From an uncultured Candidatus Binatia bacterium (GTDB taxonomy: Bacteria; Desulfobacterota; Binatia; UBA9968; JAJDTQ01), in the NCBI GenBank assembly GCA_965215605.1, contig OZ244070.1:3744001-3808000 (forward strand): 64,000 nucleotides of DNA. The letters are read 5' to 3'. A program made the translations under genes and the position numbers. Below are positions 1-10,031 of the stretch, piece after piece. The notes under the pieces were generated by a model. That model was not told the origin of the DNA and made no database searches. It was given only the letters and a program-made list of their open reading frames with translations. The first letter of the stretch is position 1, and each line of letters starts with the position of its first letter.

Positions 1-1
1 C

Positions 2-568
2 GACCGGCAAATGGACCGCCACGACTACGAAGAGCTCTGTCACAAGCTCGGCGACGAGATGAGCCACGCCAGGCTGATCATGGATTTCCTGGAGGAACTG
101 ACCGGGAAACGGCTCACGCAGAAAGACCTCGCCTGGCTGCCCGAGGACCGCAAGCTCGCCGAGGTGCGGGCTCGCTACTCCCGCAGCTACGCCGGACTGC
201 TGCACGGCTCCGAGCGCATCACCGCCACCGAGATCCAGCGGCGCGACGAGATGCTGGAACGCGCCGCCATCACCCTGACCGAAGGCGGCGGCGGCGCGCT
301 GTACGAGGTCTGCCGGCACCTGAAGGGCAACCGCATCAACCGGAGGATCGCCTCCATCTTCGGACGCATCCACCGCGACGAGACCAGGCACAGCGACGCC
401 AACGAGCTGGCCGCGTTGGTCAAGACCCGCAAGGACTACGACCGCGCCCGCCGCATCATTGCCAACGTCTCGTCCCAGCGGCTGCGCATGCGTAACGAAC
501 AGTTCGGTTTTCCCTTGAGCCGGAGCGGACTTCGCGCGCTGGAACGGGAATGTACGGCGACCGCGTGA
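2..568 (+). CDS. Ferritin-like (di-iron carboxylate) domain protein, probably 5'-truncated by the window edge
   Basis: Two ExxH motifs (DEMSH, DETRH) with an intervening helix Glu (TLTEGGG). The frame is open upstream of ATG 11 to the window start. Confidence 0.65.
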   Translation, partial: DRQMDRHDYEELCHKLGDEMSHARLIMDFLEELTGKRLTQKDLAWLPEDRKLAEVRARYSRSYAGLLHGSERITATEIQRRDEMLERAAITLTEGGGGALYEVCRHLKGNRINRRIASIFGRIHRDETRHSDANELAALVKTRKDYDRARRIIANVSSQRLRMRNEQFGFPLSRSGLRALERECTATA

Positions 569-645
569 AGCCGGGGCCGGGGTCGTCGAGGCAACATACC
601 GGGGGCGGGCTCCGCCGGCCCGCATGATTCAATGGGGAGGTTTCC

Positions 646-1764
646 GTGAGCAAGGACGCAATGCCGGTCATCGACATGGACTCGCACGTCGAGGAGCCCA
701 AGGAGGTCTGGGAGCGCCTCGACCCGAAATACGCGGATCGCAAGCCCTTCCCGGTGATGGCCGAGGATATCCCGTCCCTGGGGGGCATCAACGCCTTCTG
801 GTACATCGACGGCACCGTCTACCCCAAGCCCATGGGCCGGGGGAACCTGGTGTACGGCACTCCCATCGAGATGCGCTTCGCCACCCAGAAGGAGTTCACC
901 ATCGGCTCCCAGACCATGACCGACATCCCGGCGCGCCTGAAGGACATGGACGCGGTGGGCATCGACGTCCAGGTGGTGTTCTCCACGGTGTTCCTCCAAC
1001 CGGTGACCGACGACCTCATGTTCGAGGCGGCGCTGATGCGCAGCTACAACACCTGGATGGCATCCGCCTGCGCGGAACGCCCTGACCGCTTGAAATGGGG
1101 CGCCATCCTGCCCATGAGGGACCCGCGCCTCGCCCTCGACGAGCTCAACCACAGCCTGAAGCTCGGCGCCTCCGTGGCCGGCATCTACGGCACCGTGGGC
1201 GAGACCATGCTGCACGACCGCTACTACGATGAGTTCTTCGCGGAGGTGGAGCGGCTGGGCGTGCCCCTTGCCATCCACGCCGGTTGGAGCCATCCCGGCA
1301 TCACCCGCAGCATGGACGACGTCTCGGGCTCCCGCGCCCTGGGCTTCACGCTCCCGGTGATGATGGGGTTCTACAGCTTCGTGGGCGGCGGCATCCTGGA
1401 GCGCCACCCCCGTCTCAGGGTCGCCTTCATGGAGATCGGCGTGCAGTGGCTCCCCTACCTGGTGCAACGCATCGACCACTACCACCACGCCGACAGCGCC
1501 CTGGGCCTGCCATTGCCCGTCAAGCAGCCGGTTTCCGAAACCCTCAAGCAGAGCGACATCTACTTCACGCCGGAGGCGGACGAACTTTTCCTGCCGCAGG
1601 TGGCGGAGTACGTGGGCGAGGACCGGCTGCTGTTCGAAGGGGACATGCCCCACGCCGAGGCCCGAGAGGGCGCCAAGGGAGAGTTGCTGGAGCGGGCCGA
1701 CCTCTCGGAGGAGCTCAAGTGGAAGATCCTGAGCGTCAACGGCCGGCGGTTCCTCAACCTGTGA
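646..1764 (+). CDS. Amidohydrolase family protein (Amidohydro_2, LigW/ACMSD-like)
   Basis: N-terminal IDMDSH, DMDAVGIDVQVVF, PLAIHAG, RHPRLRVAFMEIG and LFEGDMPH motifs. GGGAGG RBS precedes the GTG start. Confidence 0.9.
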   Translation: MSKDAMPVIDMDSHVEEPKEVWERLDPKYADRKPFPVMAEDIPSLGGINAFWYIDGTVYPKPMGRGNLVYGTPIEMRFATQKEFTIGSQTMTDIPARLKDMDAVGIDVQVVFSTVFLQPVTDDLMFEAALMRSYNTWMASACAERPDRLKWGAILPMRDPRLALDELNHSLKLGASVAGIYGTVGETMLHDRYYDEFFAEVERLGVPLAIHAGWSHPGITRSMDDVSGSRALGFTLPVMMGFYSFVGGGILERHPRLRVAFMEIGVQWLPYLVQRIDHYHHADSALGLPLPVKQPVSETLKQSDIYFTPEADELFLPQVAEYVGEDRLLFEGDMPHAEAREGAKGELLERADLSEELKWKILSVNGRRFLNL

Positions 1765-1774
1765 CGGAAACGGC

Positions 1775-1978
1775 ATGACCCCCGAAACGCTGGCGGACAA
1801 GATACTGGAGCGGCTGAAAGACGGCCCGCTCCACTTCGAGGACATCCTGCTCCAGTTCAGGAAAGAACCCTACCGGGTCGTCCTCCAGGCCTGGGGCCGG
1901 CTTCGGGAGGCGGACGCTCTCGGACGAGAGATCGAGACCGGGCGCTACGTGGCCGGGGAGGACGTCCACGAGAAGTAG
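1775..1978 (+). CDS. Small hypothetical protein (67 aa, possible winged-helix-like fold)
   Basis: Fills the gap exactly between two operon genes (10 nt and 14 nt spacers) and has typical codon usage. Confidence 0.65.
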   Translation: MTPETLADKILERLKDGPLHFEDILLQFRKEPYRVVLQAWGRLREADALGREIETGRYVAGEDVHEK

Positions 1979-1992
1979 ACGAGGAATCATCC

Positions 1993-2757
1993 ATGGCTCA
2001 CGACTTCGACGGTAAGGTCATCATCGTCACCGGCGGCGCCCGCGGCATCGGCCAGGTCTACTCGCGGGAGTTGGCCAAGGCCGGCGCCAAGGTCGTGGTG
2101 TCCGACATCCTGGACGGCGAACCCTGCGCATCCGGGATACGCGAGCAGAGTGGCGAGGCGTTCTTCGTCAGGGCCGACGTCACCAGCGAGGAGAGCGTCA
2201 AGGCGCTGGCCGCGGCGGCCCACGACCGCTACGGTCGCATCGACGGTCTGGTGAACAACGCGGCGATCTTCGCCGATGTCCGCTACGCCCCGTTCGACGA
2301 GATCAGCGTGGCCGAGTGGGACCAGGTCATGGACGTGAACGTCAAGGGCGTGTGGCTGGCGGCGCGCGCGGTCTACCCCTACATGAAGGAGCAGGGCTCC
2401 GGGAAGATCGTCAACATCGCCTCCGGCGTGCCCTTCAAGGGGATCCCCGTCTATGTCCACTACACGGTGTCCAAGGGCGCGGTGGTGTCCCTGACGCGCG
2501 TCCTGGCCCGGGCCACCGGAAAGGACGGCATCTGCGTCAACGCCGTTGCGCCGGGGCTGACCCGCAGCGAGAGCCTGCTGGCGGCGCGCGGCGGCCTGGT
2601 GGACGAGGACGACGTGCCGCAGATCCAGAGCCGCGCCATCCCCCGCAGCCAGTATCCCGAGGACATCGTCGGCGCGGTCCTGTTCTTCCTCTCCGACGCC
2701 GCCAGCTTCATCACCGGACAGACGCTGCTGGTGGACGGCGGCTCCTACATGCACTGA
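1993..2757 (+). CDS. SDR family oxidoreductase
   Basis: TGGARGIG, NNAA, catalytic YTVSK (YxxxK) and ITGQTLLVDGG motifs. Confidence 0.95.
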   Translation: MAHDFDGKVIIVTGGARGIGQVYSRELAKAGAKVVVSDILDGEPCASGIREQSGEAFFVRADVTSEESVKALAAAAHDRYGRIDGLVNNAAIFADVRYAPFDEISVAEWDQVMDVNVKGVWLAARAVYPYMKEQGSGKIVNIASGVPFKGIPVYVHYTVSKGAVVSLTRVLARATGKDGICVNAVAPGLTRSESLLAARGGLVDEDDVPQIQSRAIPRSQYPEDIVGAVLFFLSDAASFITGQTLLVDGGSYMH

Positions 2758-2764
2758 GTTTCTC

Positions 2765-4132
2765 ATGAGCCGGACACCCAAACTGCCGTACCACGACATG
2801 CGCGGGCTGGTGGCGCTGCTGGAATCCGAGGGCCAGCTCCGGCGCATCACCAAGCCGGTGGAGGCCCGCTACCTCAACACGCTGCTGGCGCAGGCCGACA
2901 CGGCGCTCTTGATGGAAAACGTCGAGGGCTATTCCATGCCGGTGGTGGGCGGCCTGGTGGGCTCGCGCCGGCGGGTGGCGCTGGGGCTGGGGTGCGACCA
3001 GAAGACCGTGGGACGCACGTTCATGGAGGCGCTGGACAAACCCGTCGAAGCGGAAGTCGTGGCCGGCGGCGCGGCCCAGGAGGTCGTGAAGACCGGCGCC
3101 GAGGTGGACCTCACCGAACTGCCGATTCCGTTTCAGCACCGCAAGGACGGCGGACCCTACCTCTCCGCCGGCATCTCGGTGTCCAAGGACGAAGCCGGGC
3201 GCCGCAACGCCGGCTGCTACCGGCTCATGTACCGGACCCCGCGGGAGACCAGCATCGACCTGGTGTCGCCGTCGGACATGCGTTTCAGCTACGAAGCCGC
3301 GCTCAAGCGGAACGAGCCGCTGCCCGTCGCCATCGCCTTCGGCACGGGCACCCCGGAGCTCATCGCCGCGGCCTACAAGGCACCGCCGGGCTACGACGAG
3401 TTCGCGGTGGCCGGGGCGTTGTACGGCCGGCCGGTGCCGCTGGTGAAGTGCAAGACCGTGGACCTGGAAGTTCCCGCTGACGCGGAAATCGTCCTGGAAG
3501 GGGAGATCTCCGCCGACGGCTGGACCATTGACGAGGGCCGCTACGGCGACTTCACCGGGCACCAGTGCTCGATCCGCTGGAACCCGGTGTTCAAGGTGAA
3601 GGCGGTGACCCACCGCAGGAACCCCATCCTCCACACCATCCTGATGCCGTGGGAGAACGACTGGCTGGAGGCGCCGCCGCTGGAGGCCGCCGGATGGCGA
3701 GCGCTGCGCGAGGCCAGCGTCAAGACCGTGGCGGTGTACGCCACCCCGGGAAGCGCCTGCTACTGGCACCTCTACGCCGCCATCGACAAGCGCCCCGGTG
3801 AAGGCAAGAACGCCCTCATGGCGCTCATGTCACTCCACGCCATCAAGCTCGTGGTGGTCACCGACGGCGACGTGGACCTCACCGACCCCATGGCCGTTGA
3901 ACGGGCCATGGCCTTCCGGGTGCAGCCGGACGAGGATGTCATCATCGTCTCCGGCGCCCGCGGCAAGCACCTCGACCCCACCCTCAAGGCCTCCCGCCTC
4001 CCCAAGGGCTCGCTCCCCACCACATCCAAGATGGGCATCGACGCCACCATCCCCGACGACGTCGACCCCGCGGAGTACGAGCTGCTGGAGTACCCCTTCA
4101 TGGACGAGGTCAAGCTGGAGGACTTCCTGTAA
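2765..4132 (+). CDS. UbiD family (prFMN-dependent) decarboxylase
   Basis: DGGPYLSAG, NAGCYRL, VPADAEIVLEG, EGRYGDFTGH and KMGIDAT motifs. Confidence 0.93.
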   Translation: MSRTPKLPYHDMRGLVALLESEGQLRRITKPVEARYLNTLLAQADTALLMENVEGYSMPVVGGLVGSRRRVALGLGCDQKTVGRTFMEALDKPVEAEVVAGGAAQEVVKTGAEVDLTELPIPFQHRKDGGPYLSAGISVSKDEAGRRNAGCYRLMYRTPRETSIDLVSPSDMRFSYEAALKRNEPLPVAIAFGTGTPELIAAAYKAPPGYDEFAVAGALYGRPVPLVKCKTVDLEVPADAEIVLEGEISADGWTIDEGRYGDFTGHQCSIRWNPVFKVKAVTHRRNPILHTILMPWENDWLEAPPLEAAGWRALREASVKTVAVYATPGSACYWHLYAAIDKRPGEGKNALMALMSLHAIKLVVVTDGDVDLTDPMAVERAMAFRVQPDEDVIIVSGARGKHLDPTLKASRLPKGSLPTTSKMGIDATIPDDVDPAEYELLEYPFMDEVKLEDFL

Positions 4133-4331
4133 GTCACCGGCAGCGGGTCAGCGGCGAACGGACTCCCACGGTGCGGCACGGCTGTTCCGACCGAGGATCA
4201 CTCTGAAGCGTCCGCCGCCGGGACGACGAACGTCGCCAACGATACGTCACGGGCCTTTCCTGCAGCCGAGCCAGCCCTGACGCCGTTCAGAAGGGTCCAA
4301 CTTTGTCGCGACACTAAGGTTTTGCGCTTGA

Positions 4332-5129
4332 GTGCCGATTCGTTTCCGTGTGGGCAACACGGATCGACAGTTTCCCGGAAGATGGGCCCGGCGGGCGCTC
4401 AAGGCGGTGCTGGACGTCGTCTTTCCGCCCTGTTGCATGGCCTGCGAACGTTTCCTTCCCTTGGCCGCGCAAGGCGCCTTTTGCATTCCCTGCGGCGAGC
4501 GAATCCAATTGGCGCGGCCGCCGTTCTGCACGCTCTGCGGGCGGCCTTATCTCCATGAATGGCAGGGCGACCACCTGTGTGGCGCCTGTCTGCTTCAGCC
4601 GCCGTCCTTCTCTCTGGCGCGGAGCTGGGCATGTTACCCGCGCGGGGCCGACGCTTCTCATCCGCTGCGCCAGGTCGTGCATCGGTTCAAGTACGGCAGG
4701 CAGGCATCCTTCGGCAAGCCCCTCGGGCTGCTCGCGGCACGGGCCTGCCGTCCGTGGTTTCAACCGTCCGGCATCGATCTCATCATCCCGGTGCCGCTGC
4801 ATCCTCGGCGGTTGCGCTGGCGCGGATTCAACCAATCCGTGCTGCTGGGGCGGGAGGTCGGCAGGGAGTGGGGAATCCGCCTGGACCCCTTCGTGCTCAT
4901 GCGAAAGACGGAGAGCCCGCCTCAGAGCACGTTGAGCCTGAAGGAACGGGGCGCCAACGTCCGCGGCGCCTTCCGGGTCGCTCCGCGCAACACCGTCGAG
5001 GGGATGCGGCTGCTGCTGGTGGACGACATCTACACGTCCGGGGCTACGGTCAACGAGTGCGCCCGCGTGCTGCGGCGTTCGGGTGCGCGGGAGGTCCAGG
5101 TGCTAACCCTGGGGCGGACGATGGCGTGA
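4332..5129 (+). CDS. comF: ComF family protein (zinc-ribbon plus PRTase-like domain)
   Basis: Four CxxC pairs, PVPLH, RGFNQS and LLVDDIYTSGAT. The exact start is uncertain. Confidence 0.9.
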   Translation: MPIRFRVGNTDRQFPGRWARRALKAVLDVVFPPCCMACERFLPLAAQGAFCIPCGERIQLARPPFCTLCGRPYLHEWQGDHLCGACLLQPPSFSLARSWACYPRGADASHPLRQVVHRFKYGRQASFGKPLGLLAARACRPWFQPSGIDLIIPVPLHPRRLRWRGFNQSVLLGREVGREWGIRLDPFVLMRKTESPPQSTLSLKERGANVRGAFRVAPRNTVEGMRLLLVDDIYTSGATVNECARVLRRSGAREVQVLTLGRTMA

Positions 5130-5143
5130 GGCGCGGCGGGCGG

Positions 5144-6499
5144 TCAACGGCGGCTCAGCGTGACCGCTATGCCATGACGCGCCTTGAGGGTGACCTTGGA
5201 GATGGTTCCGATGGGGTGATGGGGTACGATGTGGACCCGGAAACGCTGAAGGATCTGCGCCAGCACCAACTGGATCTCGAGCATGGCCATGCCCGCGCCA
5301 ATGCAGGTACGGGGACCCGCGGCGAAAGGCAGGTAGGAGTAGGGATGACGCCCTTCGCCCCGGCTCGGGTGAAACCGCTCCGGGTCGAAGCGCTCCGGGT
5401 CAGGCCAGAACTCGGTGTGCCGGTGAAGCGTATAGGGCGCAATCACGACGTTGGCCTTGGCGGGCAGCAAACAGCCATTGAAGACCTCCGCTCGTTCGGC
5501 CCGCCGCGCGTAGGCCCACACCGGGGGATAGATACGCATGGATTCCTGTACCACCTGTTTCAGGTAGGGGAGCCGCGGGAGGTCGTCGGCGTCCGCGGCG
5601 GCGCCGTTCAGGGCCGTCGTGAGACTCTCGGTCAGGCGCGCCTCGATGTCGGGATGGGTGCCCAGCAGATAGAGTGTCCAGGCAAGGCCCGTGGCCGAGG
5701 TCTCGTGTCCGGCCAGCATCAGCGTCATCACCTCATCGCGCACCTGCCTGTCGTCCATGCCTTCGGCAGCGTCGTCATCACGGGCATGGATCAGGCAGTC
5801 CAGGATGTCCTTGTCGCCGGCACCGTGGCGCCGGCGGGCCTCGATCATCCCGTACACGATTTCGTCAAGGCGCCCCATCGCGCGTCTCCACTTCAGGTTG
5901 TGGGGCGTGGGAATCCAGGGAAAGAGCGTCATCAGCGCCCGCGGCTCCATCGGATCCAGGTTGATGGTGTCGAGAATATCCGCGACCTCGTCGACGTATC
6001 TCTCGAGGTCGGCGCCGAACAGCGTTGCGCCGACGATGGCGAACGTGAGCCTGCTCATTTCGCGGTCGAGAAGAAGCGTGTCACCGCCGACCTTCGTTTC
6101 CCACTCGTCCATCAGTGAACGCGTCTGCGCGTTGATCTCGTTGTCGAAGCCGTTGACCCGCCGGTGGGTGAACATGGGTTGGATGAGGCCCCGTTGACGG
6201 ACCCAATGGGAGCCGTCATTGGTCACGAGCCCCTTGCCCAGGATCTGCGCCAGCACCCGATAGTCAATGATGTGCTTGGAGAAATGGCGGTGGTCCCGCG
6301 ACAGTACCGAACGTATGAAGTCAGGGTGGTTGAGGATATAGACGTCGTGAAATCCGCGCCAGCGCAGGAAGTCGCCGTGCCTCTGGAGCAACTGGTGCAT
6401 CAGCACGTGCTGTTGCTCGTTCATGTGCCGGATCTGGTGAAACCGTGACGTCGAAGGCGGATACGGCGCCGCCTCGACCCCCCGGCCGTTGATGGCCAT
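5144..6499 (-). CDS. Cytochrome P450
   Basis: AGHETS (I-helix), ESMR (ExxR), PERF and heme-binding PFAAGPRTCIG. Confidence 0.95.
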   Translation of the reverse strand: MAINGRGVEAAPYPPSTSRFHQIRHMNEQQHVLMHQLLQRHGDFLRWRGFHDVYILNHPDFIRSVLSRDHRHFSKHIIDYRVLAQILGKGLVTNDGSHWVRQRGLIQPMFTHRRVNGFDNEINAQTRSLMDEWETKVGGDTLLLDREMSRLTFAIVGATLFGADLERYVDEVADILDTINLDPMEPRALMTLFPWIPTPHNLKWRRAMGRLDEIVYGMIEARRRHGAGDKDILDCLIHARDDDAAEGMDDRQVRDEVMTLMLAGHETSATGLAWTLYLLGTHPDIEARLTESLTTALNGAAADADDLPRLPYLKQVVQESMRIYPPVWAYARRAERAEVFNGCLLPAKANVVIAPYTLHRHTEFWPDPERFDPERFHPSRGEGRHPYSYLPFAAGPRTCIGAGMAMLEIQLVLAQILQRFRVHIVPHHPIGTISKVTLKARHGIAVTLSRR

Positions 6500-6637
6500 G
6501 AAAACAGTCTACGCCTACCGCATGTTTTCACCAAACCGGGCCTTGGGGGCGCCCACTTGCACTATGGTGCATTTCCGATAAAAGGAGGAGACGACCGGCG
6601 CGCGCCGAAGCCGGCGCCCCGTCGGGAGGAAACACGC

Positions 6638-7240
6638 ATGGCCGAATACCCAGTGGAGCCGGTGTCCCACACCGAGCCGGCGACCAGCAAGAAGACCTAC
6701 ATCAGCGCCCAATCACTGCTTGAGGACTCGTTCCGGCTGGGCATGCAGATTCTGGAAAGCGGCTTCCGTCCGAGCTTCATCGTGGGCATCTGGCGGGGCG
6801 GAACCCCGGTGGGCATCGCGGTGCAGGAGCTGTTGGACTACTTCGGGATCGAGACCGACCACATCGCCATCCGCACCTCCTTTTACAAGAGCATCGGCCA
6901 GACCGATTCGCGCATCCGGGTCCACGGCATGCAGTACATCATCGACAACGTCAACGCCGATCAGGGGCTGCTGATCGTGGACGACGTTTTCGACACCGGC
7001 CTCAGCATCGAGGCCGTGCTCTCGCACCTGACAAGCAGGTCCCGCCGCAATACCCCGGTGGACACCCGGGTCGCCACCGTCTACTACAAGCCGGGCAACA
7101 ACCGCACCGGCCGCGGACCCGACTACTACATGCACGAGACCGATCACTGGCTGGTCTTCCCGCACGAGCTGCACGGCCTGACGCGGGATGAAATCATCAG
7201 GCACAAGCTCGGCACCGGGGCCTTCGCGCCGCGTCTGTAA
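6638..7240 (+). CDS. Type I phosphoribosyltransferase, likely hypoxanthine/xanthine/guanine PRT
   Basis: VGIWRGG, PRPP-binding LLIVDDVFDTG and WLVFPHE motifs. GGAGGA RBS precedes ATG 6638. Confidence 0.85.
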   Translation: MAEYPVEPVSHTEPATSKKTYISAQSLLEDSFRLGMQILESGFRPSFIVGIWRGGTPVGIAVQELLDYFGIETDHIAIRTSFYKSIGQTDSRIRVHGMQYIIDNVNADQGLLIVDDVFDTGLSIEAVLSHLTSRSRRNTPVDTRVATVYYKPGNNRTGRGPDYYMHETDHWLVFPHELHGLTRDEIIRHKLGTGAFAPRL

Positions 7241-7338
7241 ATCCGCCCGGTTGGGGCTTGCATGGCGGAACGGCACCCTCTATATGCCTGACCGTTCTCC
7301 ACGGTACTTTATATTGGGTTAGGGATGGGCTGCACTTC

Positions 7339-8895
7339 ATGGAGATGATGGACGAGAGCGGTTATCTCCTCGAGGCCGAAGATATCGTCAAGCGCTTTGG
7401 TGATTTCACGGCCAACGACAAGGTGACTCTGCGGTTGCGGCCGGGAGAGATACACGCCTTGCTGGGCGAGAACGGCGCCGGCAAATCCACCCTGGTCAAG
7501 ATCATCTACGGCGCGCTGCAGCCCAACGGGGGGCGACTCCGTTGGCGCGGGGCGGCCGTCGCCGTGCCCAATCCCGGGGCCGCGAGGCAACTCGGCATCG
7601 GCATGGTGTTCCAGCACTTCTCGCTGTTCGAGGCGTTGACGGTGGTGGAAAACATCGCCTTGGCGATACCCGGACCCTTCAACCCCCGCGCGCTGGCGGA
7701 AGAGGTCGAACAGGTGTCGGCGGACTATGGACTGCCGCTGGACCCCGCCGCCCTGGTGGCGGACCTGCCGGTGGGCGTGCGCCAGCGCATCGAGGTGGTG
7801 CGCTGTCTGCTCCAGAACCCTCGGCTCCTTATCATGGACGAGCCCACCGCGGTGCTCACGCCCCAGGAAGCGCGCCGGCTCTTCGTCACGTTGGAACGTC
7901 TGGCGGACGACGGCTGCGCGGTGCTCTATATCTCGCACCGGCTGGAAGAGGTGCGGCAACTCTGTCATCGAGCCACCGTCCTTCGCCACGGCAGGGTGGC
8001 GGCGGACGTGGACCCCCGGGTTGAAACCGCTGCGTCGCTGGCGCGGCTCATGGTAGGCGCCGACGTCCAGTCCGTCGTCGCCGAGACCCGGGAGCAGGCG
8101 GGATCCGTGGCCCTCACGGTCGACGCTCTCTCCCTCCCGGCCATGAAGCCCTTCGGGGTGCCGCTGCGCAACGTGTCGCTGGCAGTGCGGAGCGGCGAGG
8201 TGACCGCGGTGGCGGGCGTCGCCGGCAACGGCCAGTCGGAGTTGTTCGAGGTGCTGTCCGGCGAACGGCTGGCCCCCGCGCCCGAATCCGTCACCATTGC
8301 CGGACGGCCCTGCGGCGTCCAGGACATCACCGAGCGGCGGCGTCTGGGAGCCGCGTTCGTGCCCGAGGAGCGCCTCGGGCACAGCGCCGTGCCCGGCTTC
8401 CGGTTGTCGGACAACATGCTGCTCACTCGCCATGCCTCGGGCGACGACCTGGTGCGAACCGGCTTCATCAACGGAGGCCGTACGCGGGCGCTCACCGCCC
8501 GGGTCACCGAGCGTTTCGATGTGCGCTTCAGCCGCAGGGATCAGGAGGCCGGCGCGCTGTCCGGCGGCAATCTCCAGAAGTTCGTGGTGGGGCGCGAGCT
8601 GGACCGGAAACCCCGGGTGCTGGTCATCAACCAGCCCACCTGGGGCGTGGACGCGGGCGCAGCCGCGCTCATCCGGCAGGCCCTGGTGGACCGGGCCCGG
8701 GACGGCGCCGCGGTGCTGGTCATCAGCCAGGACCTCGACGAGATCTTCGAAATCGCCGACCGTATCACGGTCATCTCCCGCGGCACGTTGTCGGATACCT
8801 ATCCGGCCGACGCCATCGACCGGGAACGCATCGGAATGTTGATGGCCGGGGCCCAAGAGCCCGACGCGGCCCCGGACCGGGATGCACGGGCGTGA
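7339..8895 (+). CDS. ABC transporter ATP-binding protein (double ABC domain, nucleoside/sugar CUT2 type)
   Basis: GENGAGKST, IMDEPT, LSGGNLQK and QPTWGVD motifs. Start assumed at the MEMM cluster. Confidence 0.92.
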   Translation: MEMMDESGYLLEAEDIVKRFGDFTANDKVTLRLRPGEIHALLGENGAGKSTLVKIIYGALQPNGGRLRWRGAAVAVPNPGAARQLGIGMVFQHFSLFEALTVVENIALAIPGPFNPRALAEEVEQVSADYGLPLDPAALVADLPVGVRQRIEVVRCLLQNPRLLIMDEPTAVLTPQEARRLFVTLERLADDGCAVLYISHRLEEVRQLCHRATVLRHGRVAADVDPRVETAASLARLMVGADVQSVVAETREQAGSVALTVDALSLPAMKPFGVPLRNVSLAVRSGEVTAVAGVAGNGQSELFEVLSGERLAPAPESVTIAGRPCGVQDITERRRLGAAFVPEERLGHSAVPGFRLSDNMLLTRHASGDDLVRTGFINGGRTRALTARVTERFDVRFSRRDQEAGALSGGNLQKFVVGRELDRKPRVLVINQPTWGVDAGAAALIRQALVDRARDGAAVLVISQDLDEIFEIADRITVISRGTLSDTYPADAIDRERIGMLMAGAQEPDAAPDRDARA

Positions 8896-10031
8896 GGGTC
8901 GTGCTGGAGAAGCGGCCGGAGCGCAGCCGGGCGATGCAGGTCGCCTCGCCGCTCCTTGCCGTGGCCCTCACCGTGCTCTTCGGCAGCATCCTGTTCGCCG
9001 CCCGCGGCTTCGACCCGCTTCACGCCATCTACGTCTACTTCATCGGGCCCCTGACCACCTTGTGGTCCGTGGAGGAACTCATCGTCAAGGCAACGCCGCT
9101 GGTGCTGATCGGCGCCGGACTGGCGATCTGCTTCCGGGCGGACCTCTGGAACATCGGCGCCGAAGGGCAGCTCATCGCGGGCGCCCTGGCCGGCGCCGCC
9201 ATCCCCATCCTGGCGCCCGAGTGGGACTCGGCCCTGGCCATCCCCGCCATGCTGGTGCTGGGCATGCTCGGCGGCATGGCCTGGGCGGCGGTGCCCGCTT
9301 TTCTGCGCAACCGCTTCGGCGCCAATGAAATCCTCACCAGCCTGATGCTGGTGTACGTGGCGCAGTATCTGCTGGACTGGCTCGTGCGCGGTCCCTGGCG
9401 CGACCCCCACGGTTTCAACTTCCCCAAGTCCATCAGCTTCAACGACTGGCACCTGCTGGCTACCTTCGGCGACGGTCGGGTGCATCTCGGTGCGGTCTTC
9501 GCGGTCGTCGTCGCGGCGGTGCTGGCCGTGTTCATGGCGCGCACCCTCATGGGTTTCGAGATACGGGTGCGGGGAGAAGCGCCCCGGGCCAGCGGCTTCG
9601 GCGGCTTCTCGCAGGCGGGGACCACTTGGCTGTGCTTCGGGATTTCCGGGGCGCTGGCCGGACTGGCCGGGATCTGCGAGGTGGCGGGCCCGGTGGGGCA
9701 GCTCCAGCCCACCATCTCGCCGGGCTACGGCTTCACCGCCATCATCGTGGCGTTTCTCGGGCGGTTGAACCCGCTGGGCGCGCTGTTCGGAGGGCTCGTG
9801 CTGGCCATCTGCTACCTCGGCGGCGAGGCCGCACAGGTGGAGCTCTCCGTCTCCGAGAAGACGGCGCAGGTGTTTCAGGGAATGCTGCTGTTCTTCATCC
9901 TGACCTGCGACACCTTGATCCGTTGCCGGATACGGGTGGAGCGGGGGACTCCCGGCTCCTCGAGCCTGCGTGCATCCATCGTGGGGAGCCCCGCGGCCAG
10001 GACCGCGGACGCCGAAGGGACTGCCCGATGA
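8892..10031 (+). CDS. ABC transporter permease (nucleoside type)
   Basis: WNIGAEGQ, ANEILTSLML and GYGFTAIIVAFLGRL motifs. Multi-TM, with GTGA overlap to the upstream gene. Confidence 0.92.
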   Translation: MRVVLEKRPERSRAMQVASPLLAVALTVLFGSILFAARGFDPLHAIYVYFIGPLTTLWSVEELIVKATPLVLIGAGLAICFRADLWNIGAEGQLIAGALAGAAIPILAPEWDSALAIPAMLVLGMLGGMAWAAVPAFLRNRFGANEILTSLMLVYVAQYLLDWLVRGPWRDPHGFNFPKSISFNDWHLLATFGDGRVHLGAVFAVVVAAVLAVFMARTLMGFEIRVRGEAPRASGFGGFSQAGTTWLCFGISGALAGLAGICEVAGPVGQLQPTISPGYGFTAIIVAFLGRLNPLGALFGGLVLAICYLGGEAAQVELSVSEKTAQVFQGMLLFFILTCDTLIRCRIRVERGTPGSSSLRASIVGSPAARTADAEGTAR

